NCBI GenBank assembly: GCA_963665235.2
Contig: CAXXLX010000002.1
Span: forward strand, 224,001 to 288,000
DNA: 64,000 nt
Source: Candidatus Poribacteria bacterium
GTDB taxonomy: Bacteria > Poribacteria > WGA-4E > WGA-3G
Direction of reading: 5' to 3'
Below the pieces are notes generated by a model. It searched no databases, was not told the origin of the DNA, and saw nothing but the letters and a program-made list of their open reading frames with translations. A program made the position numbers and the translations under genes. Shown piece by piece: positions 61,725 through 64,000 of this stretch; within the stretch, counting starts at the first letter, position 1, and every line of letters begins with the position of its first letter.

Positions 61725-61875
61725 AACATAACAGAAACCCAAAACATTTTTCGGAGGCAAGCGGTGCGTTTGCAACCCACCTGACCAGCCACCGATAGCG
61801 TGTGCCAAAAAGTGTAACTTATGCACCGGTTTTGTACAAAAACTTTACACACCCTGAACAACAGACAATTTTCCT

Positions 61876-62124
61876 CAGGGCCATTTAGTTTTACAGATTC
61901 ACTTTATATCTGTGTATATGTTCCTCTGTAGGAGCGTGCTTCGCACGCGATAGAGGACATCACATATTCCCATACAAACTCGCTGGGGCACAATAGAGCA
62001 AACCCATTAGCACCCGTATTTGGGAGACCAGCAGCCCACCCCCTAATATCGCGAGCACAGCTCGCTCCTACATAAGAGCAGTCTTCAAAAACCGGCGAAA
62101 AATATCGAAAACTAAATGGCCCTG
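61876..62124. mobile_element. MITE family C with 10-bp target site duplication
   Basis: 17-bp TIR CAGGGCCATTTAGTTTT, flanked on both sides by CAATTTTCCT; contains an inverted REP pair. Confidence 0.9.
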
Positions 62125-62203
62125 CAATTTTCCTTGATAAATGTTCTAAAAATTGGTAAAATAGTAGATATAGATAGAATTATTTTAGGAAGGAGAGAAA
62201 AAA

Positions 62204-63466
62204 ATGAAACGTTTCTGCACGTATCTGTTGTTGATAGGTTTGTGCTTCTGTATCAGGATAGGTGTTATTTCTACAAGTGATGCGGCAACCTCGGAGGAGG
62301 CGGCAACCTCGGCGGAGGCAAAGCCTTCCACAAAACGGATAGCTGTCCTGTATTTTGAGGACCATAGCGGATTTGATTCTTCAACTGGATGTGGATGTGT
62401 TCCGGGCTTTGTCGGGAAAATTTTCGGTACTAAGAAACACTGGGACTTGGCGGAGGGGTTTGAAACGATGCTAAATCGGAGGCTCGCTGAAACGACTGTG
62501 TATGAACCGGTGTCACAAACTGAAATGCTGGATGCAATGGCAGAGATGACGCTCTCACGCCACGGTCTGAAAAAACTGGATAAGGCACAACGCGCAACGT
62601 TTGCTAAACATCTGAACGCGGATGTGCTTGTTATCGGGGATATCCGCGAGTTCAAGCAACCTCGGATGAAGGCGAATGCTTCGCGGAGTTTGGCAGAAAG
62701 CGGTAGAGAATCGGCAAATTTAGATACCACTGCCAGCTATAAAGTTCCGCTTGAGGTGTTGGGATATCGCTATGTTGCTAAGGTGAAGCTGAACATGAAA
62801 TTTTATAATTCGGTTGGCAATGAAATTGAAGTGCCGCAGATTTCGATTTCCCTAAATCACCTCTACGCGGGTACACGTCTTGCTGCGCTACAAGCTAGCA
62901 TAACAGAAGATGGAACGAACTTACAGCTTGGACAATCAACAGACAGAAACCGGCGGAATGCCCGGCCGATTGTCAAACCTCAAGCACTGGATAAAATCAA
63001 ATTCGCAACCCCGATGTATGATAAAACACTGCTCGGCATGGCAACAAACAGAGCACTCATTAAGGTGGTCTTGGCACTTCGGGACAACTTCGGACCGAAT
63101 TTTATAACGCCCTGGGAAAGTGCTGCGGCGGATGAGGCGGCGAAGAAAAACGCAATGAAAAACGCAGATAACCGCCCTATTAAAATTACATATATTGATA
63201 GTGAAAATCCTGAGCTGATTTATATCAATGCGGGTTCAGGACGCGGCTTGGCGATAAATCAACAGTTCGCAGTTTACACGGATAGTGAGCCGATTCGCGA
63301 CATCGATACCGGCGAGATTCTGGATTACGCGAAAAAGAGAATAGCGACTGTGACTATTACGGAAATTCGCAATGATAGACTTGCTATCGTGAAAATTGTT
63401 GATAAGAAAGAGGACCTGAAAAGAGGGGATGTTCTTAAGGATATACCGGCTCATGAAAGCAACTAA
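62204..63466 (+). CDS. Exported CsgG/FlgT-like protein
   Basis: Signal peptide, RIAVLYFED, ADVLVIGDI, C-terminal IYINAG..GL..IRDIDTGEIL. Confidence 0.65.
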   Translation: MKRFCTYLLLIGLCFCIRIGVISTSDAATSEEAATSAEAKPSTKRIAVLYFEDHSGFDSSTGCGCVPGFVGKIFGTKKHWDLAEGFETMLNRRLAETTVYEPVSQTEMLDAMAEMTLSRHGLKKLDKAQRATFAKHLNADVLVIGDIREFKQPRMKANASRSLAESGRESANLDTTASYKVPLEVLGYRYVAKVKLNMKFYNSVGNEIEVPQISISLNHLYAGTRLAALQASITEDGTNLQLGQSTDRNRRNARPIVKPQALDKIKFATPMYDKTLLGMATNRALIKVVLALRDNFGPNFITPWESAAADEAAKKNAMKNADNRPIKITYIDSENPELIYINAGSGRGLAINQQFAVYTDSEPIRDIDTGEILDYAKKRIATVTITEIRNDRLAIVKIVDKKEDLKRGDVLKDIPAHESN

Positions 63467-63583
63467 TACCATTTTTATTAATTATTCTATCATTACCGGT
63501 TGTTAGAAATGAAACGGAGAACGGAAGACCCAAACTGGAAGTTTATGCTACAATAAAGAGACATTTCCAATTAGAAATGGTAT
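63466..63583. mobile_element. MITE family B minimal copy (one REP unit)
   Basis: ATACCATTTTTATTAATT..AATTAGAAATGGTAT. Confidence 0.8.
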
Positions 63584-63656
63584 AACAACAGTAATTTCGG
63601 AATAGGCATATAGCCAACTTGTGCCTGCAACTTTAAAAATAGTGGAGGGTTTATCA

Positions 63657-64000
63657 ATGATTCGCAGGAACGGTCAATGCATGTATAAAAATGGAGGCGG
63701 CGTGCTCGGCGCGCGGCTCTCTTTTCTCCTTGTTGTGGTGTGTGCGGTTGTGATGCTGTTCAGCTGCGCTGACCCATCTAATCAGAAGAAATCTGATACA
63801 ACGACACCCAACGAACAGGTGACCCCATCAGAGAAGAAAATTAAGATTGGGTTGTCTATGGATTCACTACGGGTTGAGCGGTGGCAGAAGGACCGGGATA
63901 TTTTCATCGCAGAGGCGGAAAAATTAGGGGCTGAAGTCATCGTCCAATCCGCCGATGGGGATGAACGGAAACAGAACGAACAAGCGGAAAATATGATTAC
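63657..64000 (+). CDS. XylF-like sugar ABC substrate-binding lipoprotein (3'-truncated by window)
   Basis: Manual translation gives LFSC lipobox and KIGLSMDSLRVERWQKDRDIF; GGAGG RBS. Confidence 0.8.
   Translation, partial: MIRRNGQCMYKNGGGVLGARLSFLLVVVCAVVMLFSCADPSNQKKSDTTTPNEQVTPSEKKIKIGLSMDSLRVERWQKDRDIFIAEAEKLGAEVIVQSADGDERKQNEQAENMI

Overview
Bacterial chromosomal window. The repeated C-terminal 'LLQNYPNPFNPETWIPYQL' exported proteins and dense REP/MITE content suggest a Candidatus Poribacteria-like genome (inference). From left to right: four tandem paralogous exported proteins; a minus-strand housekeeping block (phosphodiesterase, PolX-PHP, ftsX, a TnpB-only IS605-family element, degenerate ftsE, topA, accD, oxoprolinase A, 2-hydroxyacid dehydrogenase); a lone tyrosine recombinase beside a 7x ~60-bp REP-containing tandem repeat; then thiG. 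A ~28-kb defence island (about 25.2-53.0 kb) separates thiS from thiG. In transcription order (minus strand) it holds a PARIS-like ATPase/DUF4435 pair, a type III-D CRISPR-Cas operon (RRM-fused Cas7-insertion, CARF-nuclease, Cas10, Csx10, Cas7x2, Csx19, Cas6), Cas2, a SWIM-finger protein, a stand-alone reverse transcriptase with a ~140-aa insert, Cas1 and a 44-spacer array. The array's trailer end becomes a hybrid of handle-less CRISPR repeats and heptamer-repeat elements leading into an Avd-like four-helix-bundle gene and csx1. Right of the island are a TPP-riboswitch thiamine operon, two TAXI receptors, MITEs, a FlgT/CsgG-like protein and a partial XylF-like protein. The most novel-looking signals are the repeat/heptamer/four-helix-bundle tail, the RT-SWIM adaptation module with spacers apparently biased to gene starts, the RRM-Cas7 fusion and the integrase-only element. 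All calls come from reading motifs by eye; no searches were run.
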